64,000 bases of DNA from the human T2T-CHM13v2.0 reference genome, Homo sapiens: the NCBI RefSeq assembly GCF_009914755.1, contig NC_060934.1; one strand, given 5' to 3'. Shown piece after piece: positions 42,217 through 57,832 of this stretch (position 1 is its first letter; every line of letters starts with the position of its first letter). A model generated the notes under the pieces. The model was not told the DNA's origin. It was given only the letters and a program-made list of their open reading frames with translations, and searched no databases. Both the position numbers and the translations under genes were made by a program.

Positions 42217-42524
42217 GGCCAGAAATAGTGGCTCATGCCTGTAATCCCAGTATTTTGGGAGTCCAGGGAAGGAGGGTTGCTTGAGCCAGGAGTTTGAGGC
42301 CAGCCTGGGAAATATAGTGATACCCCATCTCTACAAAAAATAAAAATAAATTAGCTGGGCGTAATGGTGCATGCCTGTAGTGCCAGCAACTTGGAAGGCC
42401 GAGGTTGGAGGAGAATTGCTTGAGCCAGGGAGGCCAAGGCTGCTGTTAGCCATGATTGTACCACTGCAGTACAGCCTAGGTGACAGAGCAAGACTGTCTC
42501 AAAAAGAACAAAAAACACCAAAAA
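42217..42524 (+). mobile_element. Alu (AluJ-like)
   Basis: Dimer; TSD-like AATAGTAGGAG / AATGGTAGGAG. Confidence 0.92.
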
Positions 42525-43050
42525 ATAATGGTAGGAGAGGAGAAATTTCTGTCATGTTCCCTCATGCAAGCCTGCGTTTAACCAGGGCCTTCCCCACAGG
42601 GAAGAAGCTTATGGGTGTTAAAAGGGAAGAACTCATGGTTGACTCCATCTCACTCATCTTTTCTTTTCCTGCATTTGGTTGGCAAATGAACTCAGGGCTT
42701 GTCTCAGGCTGTTTGTACTGCTATAACAAAATACCACACATTGGGGCATTTGTGAAGAACAGAAATTTATTTTCTCACAGTTCCAGGGGCTAGGAAATTC
42801 AAGATCGAGGCGCCGGCAAGTTTGTTGTCTGATGAAGGCTGCTCTCGGCCTCCAAGATGGAGCCTTGTTGCCACATCCTCCAGTGGGGAAGAATGCTGTG
42901 TCCTCACATGGTGGAAGGTGGGAGAGCAAGAGAGCTGAATGCTGCCTGAAGTCTCCTTTATAAGGGCCTTTATCCCATTCATGAGGGAGGAGCCCTCATG
43001 ACCCAATCACCTCTAATGGCCCTACTCCCACTTTTTAAAAGACAAACTTG

Positions 43051-43354
<304 letters not shown>

Positions 43355-43359
43355 AAAAA

Positions 43360-46300
43360 ATCAACTTTTATTCTAGGTTCAGGAGGTACATGTGCAGGTT
43401 TGTTACCTGGGTATGTTGCATGATGCTGAAGTTTGGGGTATGAAAGATCCTGTCACCCAGGTACTAAGCATAGTATCCAATAGTTAGTTAGCCAATCCTT
43501 ACCCCCTGTCTTTGCCTACCACTTCTAATAGTCTCTAGTTTCTATTGTTGCCATTTTTATGTCCATGAGTATCCAACTTTTAGCTCCCACTTATAAGTGA
43601 GAATATGTGGTATTTGGTTTTTCTATTCTTGCATTGATTTGCTTTTTTTCTGGATATATACCCAGTAATGAGATTGCTGTGTTGAATAGTAGTTCTAAGT
43701 TTTTTAAGAAGTCTCCAAACTGCTTTCCATAGTGCCTGAACTCATTTACATTCCCACCAACAGTGTAAAGGAGTCCTGTTTCTCCACAGCCTTACCCATA
43801 TCTGTTGTGTTTTTTTTTACTTTTTCATAATAGCCATTCTGACTGATGTGAGATGATATCTCATTGTGGTTTTGATTTGCATTTATCTGATGATTAGTGA
43901 TGTGGAGCATTTTGTTACATGTTTGTTGGCTGCTTGTATGTCTTCTTTTGAAAATGGTTCATGTCTTTTGCCCATTTTTAAATGCGGTTATTTGTTTTTT
44001 GTTTGTTAAGTTGTTTAAGTTCCTTATAGATTCTGGATATTAGGCCTTTGTTGGATGCATAGTTTGCAAATATTTTCTCCCATTTGGGAGAAATCCGTTA
44101 ATAATTTCTTTTGCTGTGTAGAAGCTTGTTAGTTTAATTAAGTCCCACTTGTCAATTTTTGTTTTTGTTGCATTTGCTTTTCAGGATTTAGTCATAAATT
44201 CTTTCCCAAGGCTGATGTCCAGAATGGTGTTTCCTAGGTTTGCTTCTACATTTCTTACAGTGTGAGGTCACAAACATTTAAGTCTTTAATCCACCTTGAG
44301 TTAATTTTTGTATATGGTGAAAGGTAGGAGTCCAGTTTTATTCTTCTGCATATAGCTAGCCAGTTATCCCAGCACCATTTATTGAATAGGGAGTTCTTTC
44401 CCCATTGCTTATTTTTGTCAACTTTGTCAAAGGTCAGATGGCTGTAGATGTGTGGCTTTATGTCTGAGTTCTTTATTGAGTTCCATTAGTGTATATGTCT
44501 GTTTTTGTACCAATACCATGCTGTTTTGGTTATTGCAGCCTTACAGTATAGTTTGAAGTACAGTAATGAATGTCTCTAGCTTTGTTCTTTTTGCTTAGAA
44601 CAGCTTTGGCTATTCATGCTCTTTTTGGTTGCATATGCATTTTAGAATAGTTTTTCCTAATTCTGTGAAAAATGATGTTGGTAGTTTGAAAGGAATAGCA
44701 TTGAATCTGTAGACTGCTTTGAGCAGTATGGCCATTTTAACAATATTGATTCTTCCAATCTATGAGCATGAAATGTTTTCCCATTTGTTTGTGTCATCTA
44801 TGATTTCTTTTAGCACTGTTTTGTAGTTCTCTTTGTAGAGATCTTTCACCCCGTTGGGTAAGTGTATTCCTAGATATCTTATTTTTTTGGTGGCTATTGT
44901 AAATGGGATTGTGTTCTTGATTTGGCTCTCGGCTTGAACTTTATTGCTACATGGAAATGCTACTGATTTTCATATATTGACTTTGTATCCTGAAAATTTA
45001 TTGAAGTTGTTTATCAGTTCCAGGAGGCTTTTTGTGGAGTCTTTAGGGTTTTTTAGTTATAGAATCATATTGTCAGCAAAGAGAGATAGTTGACTTCTTT
45101 TCCTATTTGGATGTCTTTTTCTTTCTCTTTCCTGATTGATCTGCTAGTACTTCCAGTACCATACTGAAGTACTGGCAGTAGTGAGACTGGACATTCTTGC
45201 CTTGTTCCAGTTCTCAAGAGGAATGCTTCCAGTTTTTGTCCATTCAGTATGATGTTGGCTGTGGGTTGTCATAGATAGTACTTATTATTTAGGTATGTTC
45301 CTTCTTACTTGAAGGTTTTTTGTCATGAAAGGATGTGGATTTTATTGCAAGCTTTTTCCACATGTAATGAAATGATCATGTGTATTTTTTTAGTTCTATT
45401 TATGTAGTAAATCATGTTTATTGATTGTGTATATTGAACCAACTTTTTATACCAAGAATGAAGCCTATTTGATCATGGTGAATTAACTTTTTGATGTGCT
45501 GCTGGATTCGTTTTGCTAGTATTTTGTTGAGGATTTTTGCATCTATGTTCAGCAGGGAGATTGGCCTATAGTTTTCTTTTTTTGTTGTGTCTTTGCCAGG
45601 TTTTGGTATCAGGGTGTTGCTAACTTCATACAGTGAGTTTGGGAAGAGTCTCACCTGCTCAATTTTTTGGAATAGTTTCCATATTATTAGTACTAGCTAT
45701 TTTTGTACATCTGATAGAATTTGGCTGTGAATCTGTCTGGTCCAGTGCTTTCTTTGGTTGGTATTACTGCTTCAATTTTGGAATTCAATATTGGTCCGTT
45801 CAGGGTTTCAATTTCTTCCTGATTGAATCTTGGGAGGTTTTGTGTTTCCAGGAATTTATTAATTTCCTCTAGATTTTCTAGTTTTTGTGCATAGAGATGT
45901 TCATAACAGTCTCTGAGGATCTTTTGTATTTCTGTGAGATCAGTTGTAATGTCACCTTTGTCATTTCTGATTGTGCTTATTTGGATCTTTCACATGCTCA
46001 TCCATAAAGCAGGTCTCAATAAATTCAAAAAAATTAAAATCATACTAACCATATTATCAGACCACAGTCAAATAAAAATAGAAATACCAAGAAGATCTCT
46101 TAAAACTGCACAATTACAGGAAAATTAAGCAACCTGCTCCTGAATGACTTTTGACTAAGCAATAAAATTAAAGCAGAAATTTTAAATTCTCTGAAATAAA
46201 TGAAAACAGAGACACAATATACCAAAATCTCTGGGATGCAGCAAAAGTAGTGTTAAAAGGACAGTTTATAGCGCTAATGCCTACCTCAAAAAGTTAGAAG

Positions 46301-46514
46301 GATCTCAAACTCACGATCTAACACCACCCCTGGCGGAACTAGAAAAACTAACCCCAGTGCTAGCAGGAGAAAAGAAAGAACAAAAATCAGAGCAGAGCTG
46401 AACAAAATTGAGACCCAAAAACTATACAAAGAATCAACAACATCTAAAATCAGTTCTTTGAAAAGATGAACATGATCAATAGACCACTAGCTATATTAAC
46501 AAAGAAAAAAAAGA
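43360..46514 (-). mobile_element. L1PB/late-L1PA element with 5' inversion (minus 43360-45989, plus 45990-46514)
   Basis: ORF2 RT fragment [20 protein letters not shown] on minus; the strand flips at ~45990 to upstream ORF2 sequence. Confidence 0.92.
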
Positions 46515-47318
46515 CCCCACCTCTTAATACCACCACAATGACCATTAAATTTCAACACCTGAATTTTGGAGAAAACACATTCAAACCACTCTGTCTCTGC
46601 ATTCGCTACTGAGCATGCTCATCATCGCATAGTGACCAGCTGGAAAGTGAGTGAGAATCCCAAGATTTAGATTTGGGCATGAGCCCAAAGGTGTCTCTTA
46701 TACCTCATGTCTAAACCATAGTCTTGATACGAGCTTTTACAGAGCTCTGTATTTAGTGCTTGCATAGCTAATCACGGAGTGGACATTGTTTTTCATTTGC
46801 TGACTTGGAAAGCCCATGGGAAAGAGAATGATGAGCTGGATCATGTGATACATCTGGGGAGGGGGTCTCTGACCATATTAGCGTAATGACTAAACTGTTA
46901 AAATGTGAACCATGTCTTAATAAGAGCAGCTTCAGCAGCACAAACAATGACAACAGTGACAACAAAGGGAAATGGACACTTATACAATGTAGTGTAGACT
47001 TTCACCCAGAAATTCCTCTTACATAACTTACCTTTGGGAAAATACTTGCTCATGTGCTTCATGAGTTTGCAAAATCCCAGTGATGTTTACTGCAGTGTTT
47101 TCTTTAATAGAGAAACACCACTGGGAGGAATCTTTCATCAAGAGACGACAGCTTAAATAAATTGTGGCATATTCAGTCAATGACTTCAGCCCATGAAAAG
47201 AATGAGATTGATCTCTATATAGTAATCATAAAATTCATTAGGTGAGGAAAGTACATTGTAGAACATTATCTATATTGCAGTCATGTGTATGTGTTTATCC
47301 TAAGAAAGAGGTCTGGCA

Positions 47319-47477
47319 GAGCTGGGCATGGTGGCTCAGGCTTGTAATCCAGCACTCTGGGAGGCCCAACCGGAAGATCTCTTCAGGCCAGGAGTTTGAG
47401 ACCAGACTGCTCAACATAGTGAGACCTGCTGTCTCTACAAAAAAAATAATAATAATAATAAGTAAAAATTAAAAAAA
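47319..47477 (+). mobile_element. Alu left monomer inside old L1ME fragments (~46990-47600)
   Basis: Single arm with (AAT)n tail. Confidence 0.8.
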
Positions 47478-47624
47478 GAGATATGGCAGTATATTATCTC
47501 TGGTCTCTGGAGACTGTGGGACTATAAGGGGTATTCACACTTTTTTGTATTCCTGTATTGTTTGAATTTTCTACAATGAGAATGTTAAAAAATTAAAGAT
47601 AGTCTACTTAATGATAAAGTAGAG

Positions 47625-47995
47625 TGTATTAGTCTGTTCTCGTGCTGCAAATAAAAACACACCCAAGACTGGTTAATTTATAAAGGAAAGAGGTTTAATG
47701 GACTCACAGTTCCACATGCATGGGGAGGCCTCACAATCATGGCGGAAGGCAAGGAGGGGCAAATCCATATTTTACATGGTGGCAGGCAAAGAGAAAATGA
47801 AAACCAAGCGAAAAGGGTTTCCCCTTATAAAACCATCAAATCTCGTGAGACTTATTCACTACCATGAGAACAGTATGGGGAAAACAGCCCCCATGATTCA
47901 ACTATCTCCCACGGGGTCCCTCCCACAACATGTGGGAATTACAGGAGCTACAATTCAAGATGAGATTTGGGTGGGGACACAGCGAAACCATATCA
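47625..47995 (-). mobile_element. THE1 solo LTR (THE1B/C-like)
   Basis: TGTATTAGTCTGTTCTC...AAACCATATCA; TSD TAGAG/TACAG. Confidence 0.93.
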
Positions 47996-47997
47996 TA

Positions 47998-48603
47998 CAG
48001 CAAGTCCTCGAATAATGTCTTTTTTCCTTTCATTCAACATCATTTCCTTATAATGTTGATGAGAAGAAAAAATTGATTCTCAGCCAGGGCCACTGTCTGT
48101 GTGGTATGTGTGTTCTCCCCATGTCTGTGTGGGTTTTTTCCAGGTACTTGGGTTTCCTCCCACATCCCACAGATATGCACATTAAGTGAATTGTGTCTAA
48201 AATGGTCCAGGTGAGAGTGAGTGGGGGTGTATGTGAGTGCACCCCATGATGGGATGGCGTCCTGTTGTGAGTGGGCTCCCACCTTGGACCCTGAGTTTCT
48301 GGGAGAGGTTCTGGCCACCAGTGACCCGGAACTGGACTAAGCAGGCAAATCATGTTACTTGTTTTGATTCATCCTTCTTAAATGTTAAGTAGAGCTTACA
48401 TGTATTTCAATGTTTAATATTAGAAGTGCTTTGGGTCTTTATTTGAAAGTTGGGTTATGTTTTTGTGATCAGAAATATGCCAGAGGATCTTAACTCTTGT
48501 TTGTATCAAGTAGCCTATGATCAAATTGATTTCATTATATATCCTTTCACCTAAAGCTGAAATTTTCAAGAACCTATTGACAACATTAAGTACGAAATCA
48601 CTG
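47998..48603 (+). mobile_element. MER6A-like TcMar-Tigger transposon
   Basis: TA|CAGCAAGTCCTCGAATAA start; GTTCTCCCCATGTCTGTGTGGGTTTT...GGTTTCCTCCCACATCCCA core; CACTG|TA end. Confidence 0.85.
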
Positions 48604-49309
48604 TACCAGATTTTTTTTTTTGTACACAAAGAAAAGCCCACGGTGTAATTACTTGGTTTCTTCCATCACTTTTGTCATTAAGTCTTAGCAATGTCACAGA
48701 GGCATTTTCCTAGTTGGTTTATGTAGGATAGATACTCCTTTTTTTTTCTTTTTGTTTATGGAATCTAAGAATAAGTTCATGGGCTCCCTCTGGTTATTTT
48801 GTAATGTTTAGATTCCTCACATTATATACCTATTATCATCTGATAACAATATATTATATGTAATTGTATATTGATCATCAGAGCATAATAGGCTGCGACA
48901 GAAAAGTCTAAAAAATGAGAAGATATATATTTCTTCCAAGTGATTCAAACAGCTTTATGGGAATAATCACAGAAAATATTAATAGAGTACTAAAAACTAA
49001 GTAGAGACAAATGCTATGATTATTTTATGAGTGAAAAAGTGAGGTTTGGGGAGCTATGTGCAATCCAGCAAAATGGAAGTCAAGAATAGGTGTAAAAGCT
49101 TTCCATTGTTTTCCAAACATTCATCCAAGTCCTTTCCCTCTTCCTGAAACATGTCTACTCAAAATTCTTGATAGTTCTATTTTTTTTCTTTTGCCAGTAA
49201 CTATGATGTCACAAGCATCAAAACAATTACTATATACTTACTAATCATTTCAACTTGTCAGCAAGGTTGTCTTATGTCTGTGGCCTATATCTGCATTAAA
49301 TTTTTTTTA

Positions 49310-49840
<531 letters not shown>

Positions 49841-50344
49841 AACTACTGTTTCACGTGATGCATTATTTTTTAACCTACAGCAGTGCTTCAAAGTCACAGA
49901 GATTTTTGTCCTAGATCATTAGCTAAACTGCTTCTATTTAGAATTTTTTGTTGTTGTTTTCTTAAAAAAAAAAATCTAGAAATAAAGGTAGGAACGTTTC
50001 TTTCCCCCCAAGGTTGAGAACAGTCTCTTTCATCTGTTTTCCAGAATTTTAATAACTGCTTCACAGCCTCTCCTGCGGGTTAGATGTCCTGAGTGTGCTG
50101 ATGTTTGCAACACTTCCCTTTTCTGCTGTTTGAATCATCTGCAACTTCACAGGGTTAGTAATAAAGTCGGCTGACGGGCAGATCTCATCCTGACCCTGGC
50201 AATAGTCACTCTTACCTAAGGCAACTGACTCAGGCTTCTCCTGGGCTCTTTTTTTCACCCCACTAGGCAGATTTCTCTCTATATATGGTAATAATGCTCC
50301 CAAGCAGAGGCCGCTGGCTTCCCCAGGAAAACTGGAAAGTGAAA

Positions 50345-50760
50345 TCACATACCAGAGACTTTGTGGTACTGTGGCCACGGTCGTTTTTCTGCTACTAAGG
50401 GTGAAAGTCGATTATTAAAGCAATTGCATCTTCCAAGAGCGATTTTCCCGCATCCCTCCGGGCTTGGGGGCTGCAGGGACCCAGCCGGCACACTCCGCAC
50501 GCCCTGCGGATGACTCACTGCGTTTGCACTGCCGCAGGCGGGCTCGGTGGTGGTGGTGACGCGGCCCGGCAGCCCGGGAACGCAAGCGGGCTGCACCCTC
50601 TGGAAGCCAGCCCGGGTCTCCGCGCTGTCTTTCCCAACATCAAAAATGCTGCTCCTATTTGCATAGTGCTTGACCTTAATTGGAGTGCTGTTAGCGCCCG
50701 CGATTCTCACCAAAACTTAGTGAAGTGTGGGTCAGTGATCTAGGCCCTTTACTCGTCGGG
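50345..50760 (-). promoter_or_regulatory. ITGB1: CpG-rich distal promoter/enhancer; candidate far-upstream ITGB1 first exon (~50530 to 50353)
   Basis: Non-repeat CpG cluster; AP-1 TGACTCA at 50511 and 50226; octamer ATTTGCAT at 50657; minus donor CTG|GTATGT (GT 50352-50351). I recall ITGB1 gene models extending ~47 kb upstream (unverified). Confidence 0.65.
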
Positions 50761-51239
50761 GAAACTGAGGCTCAGATGAATGTCTTGCCCAAAGTCACAC
50801 CTAAATTGCACAGCTTAGATGTAAATACATAATTGCAGGGGGAGGCACTGTGCTTATGTCGCTCCATGCTGCGTTTTAGGTTTTCTTTACAAGGGCCAAA
50901 CACCATCTGCTTTCATGTAATAAACTTCCATTCCACTTTAAATATATAGAAAGCAGCAGAGGAAGTTCAAGGGAGGGCATGAGCAAGCATGTATGGGAGT
51001 CCTATTTGTGGAAACATCACTCCAAATCAGTTAGTTTTTTTCCTAGTGAAGTTGATCAAAAGAAAGCCCAAGTTATTCAGAATGCTGAGATTTAAGGAAA
51101 TGTGTAAAAATATTTATTTCTATCTTTTTAATGTGATCTCATTAGCTTTAAATAGCTGGTCTTCCTTGCTTTTTTGGGAGAGGAAAACAACGTATCTTCA
51201 AAACAGTTACCTAAAAATAGTAGAAGCTTTACCAAGGGA

Positions 51240-51574
<335 letters not shown>

Positions 51575-51761
51575 TCAAATTTCATTTTCAAATGCAGCAA
51601 TATTTATTTTGCTGTCGATATTGTTAGAAAGTGTGTAGGAGAAAACTGAATGTTGTTAGAATATTTAAAAATATGCAGCAGTCTCACAAGCTTCAGTAAG
51701 TTTTAAGTTCCTTTGGGTGGGTGTGATAGTTATGACATCAATTGAAGAATACTAACTGTAG

Positions 51762-52144
<383 letters not shown>

Positions 52145-52274
52145 GAAATTCAATATTAGAGTCAGGTTTGAAGCCCACTGTCAGCATCATTGTACTGTTG
52201 ATTTAAGTATAGTTCTATCCAGAAGAAGAATAAACTAGATGTCTCCGTAAAGTAACTTTTAGTCATGTTTCTCA

Positions 52275-53112
<838 letters not shown>

Positions 53113-53621
53113 ATAATTTTAGAAAAGGGTGGCAAAGGCTGTATGGCCTTTGGGAACAGTCTCATTGCTATTCACCTTGATCATGTCTTCCACCTGCACA
53201 ATTCCCACTGCCTTTCCCACCGGCACTCCCCTTAACCCTGACTGCAAAAAATTAATGAATGAATTAATTAAAAATTAATACATTATAATCAATATAGTCT
53301 CACTTTATAACACTATCATTACCACCTTCATTATCTGTTCCTGCCACTATTTTTCACCTGGACAAAACACAAAGACGTCAATCAAGCAACAAAAAACTCC
53401 AAAAAAACCACACAAAAAGCAAAAGTACCCGTACCCCAACTCAGTAGTCTGAAAACCCTTCTGGCATTTTTCAGTGGACTACAGAGCGATATTGGGCATA
53501 CCAATTGGTGTTTCCTTTTCTAAGTTCAGAAGACAAATAGAAATGTATGAGCCACAGTGCTTAGTTTTTCCATATTGTGGCTCTCATTTTTCCAGCGGGA
53601 TGCAGAGAAAGTAGTTCTTGT

Positions 53622-53635
53622 CTGTCACCTAGTGG
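53622..53635 (-). promoter_or_regulatory. Candidate CTCF motif (reverse)
   Basis: Reverse complement CCACTAGGTGACAG versus CCACTAGGTGGCAG, 1 mismatch. Confidence 0.55.
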
Positions 53636-55689
53636 ACAAAAATGGATTTGCGCCTTGCCACTATGCTCTGGTAGCTAAACTTCAGAAACCGCATTGATTC
53701 AAATAAAGATTGTTGGATTCTATGAGATGATTCTACTTTCCGAGCTTCAGAGCTCCACAGGTTGAAAAAAAACAAGATGATATAATGCTGAAGACTTGTT
53801 GCAAAACAGAACAGGAGTTGATGCAAAATCAAGATGGGAAGAAAACCACACTTACAGAACCACGTAATAAATAGCTGTGCTTGGTGAGGGAATATTATTG
53901 TCATTCATATGAGTCAATTGCAATCAGAATACTATGTGGAGCAATGGCTTTAAATGGCCCCATCCTCCAATAAAGCAAAGCAAACAAGAACGTATTGCTG
54001 ACTTTCAAATGAGCAGAAGTTCTTGTAATCCCCCTGCTAAAAAATTTAAATGAACTTTAACCCAACTCTTTCCCTTGTATCTAGTAAGTCATCTAGTCTT
54101 ACCAGTTTTTTTCTTACTGCTACTAAGAGTGAGCAATAGATGCTTTTCCATATCAGTTTCCATCTTAGCTCTGACCAGACTACACACTGTCATTAGATTC
54201 ATCTTCCTTAAACTTGTCACTATTTTTTGAAAATACCCTAGAACTCAATTTCCCTTTCTTTCCAAATACCTCCTCCATCTGATTTCACTGTTACTTTAAT
54301 CCAGTGTCATCCTACCCTTACATTTTCATTTCCCTGGCCCATTGAAGAAGTGTTGCTCATTGCAGCCTTTGAGTCTTCAGATGGGGTCCTGTCCTTCCCT
54401 CCCTTTGCCAGGTGAAGCCTTTTCATCCTGTAGGATCCAGCCCAGCTGTTGCCCCTCCATGTCACTCTCCCTTGTCTGTGTAATCCTATGAGGGTTATAG
54501 GTTATATTCTATAACTGTGTGCTTGTGCAAATACTTGTCAAATGGTTTACTATTGATACACAGGCTTCAGTCTCATCTTATCCAAAATCTATTGGGAAAT
54601 ATTCCAGGCCAGATACCATTTCTTATCCCTTTTCAAGCCCTCATCGGGGTCTACATGTTTGGGAGCACTGTGAGCTCAGTAAGATACTTGTCGATTGGTT
54701 TTCTTTATCAGCTCATAATTCTGCAAGGAAGATGGAGCTGGTATTGTAATTCCTGATTTACAAACGAGGACGCTGAAGCCCAGAGCATTTTCAAGACTTG
54801 TTCTTGGGAATGGCAGTGCCAGGACAGGAGCTCTGGGTATTTCCTCCTTGTCTAGTCCCCTTCCTGGTGCACCCCACGGTCATCATACTGATAGAGTGAT
54901 GCACTAAGCCTGTATTTATTTTCAGATCGATTTCTAGATAACGAGCACAAGCTCATATTGTGAGGAGCAGCTAGACAACAGATGATAATCAGGGTGTGTG
55001 CTTATGCAGCCTGGGTGGCAATTTCAGTTCTTTCTGGGTGGTGATGCCACACTTTCAGCCCACACCCATTTGTCCTTTTTGAAAACCACAAACGAGTGCT
55101 TGGGCATATATGACATTCTCCGGCACAGCCCTCTGCACTCATCCAAATACATGAACTGGCTTGTTTACTCCTTTAAACCACAGTGGCTCCAACTGCTTCC
55201 TGCCCTCCTAGCCTGCTGGAAGGTCTCCTGTGGTTTTGGAGCTCACAGGCACACGAGGAATAATTAAAAACCACTGCCATGCGAAAGGGTGTTTTAACGA
55301 GTTGTCAGTGAATGACCGGAGTCGGGAAGAATTTCTAGGTAGTTCCTCCTCTGGCCACAGGATGGATTCATTTTCCATCTGGAATTGCACCATGAAGCCT
55401 CCTTGGATGCTTTTGTTCTTCCATGCCTGGCTTGGGCCCTGAGGCTTGGGTGTGCTGGGCAGGAGCACAGGGTAGTAAAATGAAAATATCATGTCTACAC
55501 TCAGGGAGTTCAGAGGGATGGCCTTGATGAAATCAGTCCATTAAATACCTAGAAAATAGATGTTAACAAGATTGTTATGCAATGCTACTGATTTAGAATG
55601 ATCGTGTGTATTAATCAAACAAAAGCAGTAGAGAGAGGCATAAATTGATTGTTTAAGGAAAATCTAAATGCATAGTTGTAACAAGTGAC

Positions 55690-55977
55690 TTTTATTTTTT
55701 CTTTCTGCTTTGAGACAGGGTCTTGCTCTGTTGCCCAGGCTAGAGTACAGTGTCTCTATCACAGTTCACTGTAGCCTTTATCTCCTTGGCTCAGGTGATC
55801 CTCCTGCCTCAGCCTCCTGAGTAGCTGGGACTACAGGTGTGCACCACCACACCTGGTTGATTTTGTACTTTTTGTAGAGGTGGGAGTCTCACTTTGTTGT
55901 CCAGGCTTGTCTCAAACTCTTGGGCTCAAGCTAGCCTCCTGACTCGACCTCCCAAAGTGCTGGGATTATAAGCCAGC
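55690..55977 (-). mobile_element. Alu (AluJ-like)
   Basis: Reverse dimer; TSD-like TGACTTTTAT. Confidence 0.92.
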
Positions 55978-56079
55978 CAGAAATGACTTTTATAATTGCA
56001 CCTAGAAGTGTCATGAAATGCAATATTAGTACTTCTATTTTATGATAATACTATTGACATATAAAGAAGATTGATTTTA

Positions 56080-57010
56080 AAATTTACAAGAAAAAAAAAA
56101 CCCCATTAAAAAGTGGGCAAAGGACATGAACAGACACTCCTCAAAAGAAGACATACATACGGCAAAAACATATGAGAAAAAGCTCAACATCACTGATCAT
56201 TAGAGAAACGCAAATTGAAACCACAATAAGATACCATCTCATGCCAGTCAGAGTGGCTATTATTACAAAGCAAAAAACTAACAAACAAACAAACAACAGA
56301 TGCTGGCAAGATTGGAAAGAAAAAGGAATGCTTTTACATTATTGGTGGGAATGTAAATTATTTCAACCATTGTGGAAGACAGTGTGGTGATTCCTCAAAG
56401 ACCTAGAGGCAGAAATACCATTTGACCCAGCAATCCCATTACTGGGTATATACCCAAAGGAATATAAATCATTCTATTATAAAGATACATGCACGCGTGT
56501 GTTCACTGAAGCCATTCTGTTATAAAGATACATGCACGCGTATGTTCACTGCAGCACTATTCACAATAGCAAAGATATGAAATCAATCTAAATGCCCATC
56601 AGTGATAGACTGGATAAAGAAAATGTGGCACATAGCCCCATGGAATATATGCAGCCATGAAAAGGAACAAGATCATGTCCTTTGCAGGGACATGGATAGA
56701 GTTGGGAGCTGCTATCCTCAGCAAACTAATGCAGGAACAGAAAAGCAAACACTGCATGTTCTCACTTAAAAGTGGAAGCTGAATGATAAGAACACATGGA
56801 CACATAGCAGGCAACAACATACACTGGGGCCTGGCACGGGGGTGCAGGGGGAAGGAGAGCATTAGGAAGAATAGCTAATGGGTGCTGAGCTTCATACCTA
56901 GGGGATGGGATGGTCCGTGCAGCTACCATGGCACAGGTTTACCCATGTAACAAACCTGCACATCCTGCACATGTACCCCTGAACTTAAAAGTTGAAGAAA
57001 AAAGAAAGAA
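56080..57010 (+). mobile_element. L1PA (older subfamily) 3' fragment with an internal 43-bp duplication
   Basis: ORF2 C-terminus [13 protein letters not shown]...WECKLFQPLWKTVW, 3'UTR, A-rich tail. Confidence 0.93.
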
Positions 57011-57420
57011 TATTGGTTTTCGACCAAGTTATTAAAAAGTTTCATGATAAAAGTGGCAAGAGATTTTAAAATGAGAATTGAAACCAACTAGGAACTTGCC
57101 ATGTAATGTACCAGATGCAGAGGACTCAAGAAGAGCCCAGAATTATTCCCACTGGGAACTGCCCAGATGGTGACGACAACACCAAGTACAACTGCAAACC
57201 TCGTGTTCTTCTGTTCTCCCAGCAGGCCGGTGGGAGGGAAGACCAGCTATTCAGAGCCCTCTTTTGTAGGCTTAGAAAGTCAAATGTCTCCCCAACCCCA
57301 CATTCTTCATAGCTTGGTGGTTGTGGTGAGGGTGGGTGGGTGCCAGTTCTGAAGCCAAGGCCGTGTGACTTCACTATCCACTGAATATTCATACACCAGT
57401 GTGTTAAGATACAAACTCCA

Positions 57421-57722
<302 letters not shown>

Positions 57723-57832
57723 CTAACTCCACCCATGTCATAATAATATTGACTATTCAGCTCTTGGAATATGTGTGCAAAAATATTATTTTTCTACTCT
57801 TATGTAAATTCAAATGTTGTCTGAACAAGTTT

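Noticed and set aside
46610-46621. Palindrome TGAGCATGCTCA (p53-type half site)
   Set aside because: Single half-site with no adjacent partner; expected by chance in 64 kb
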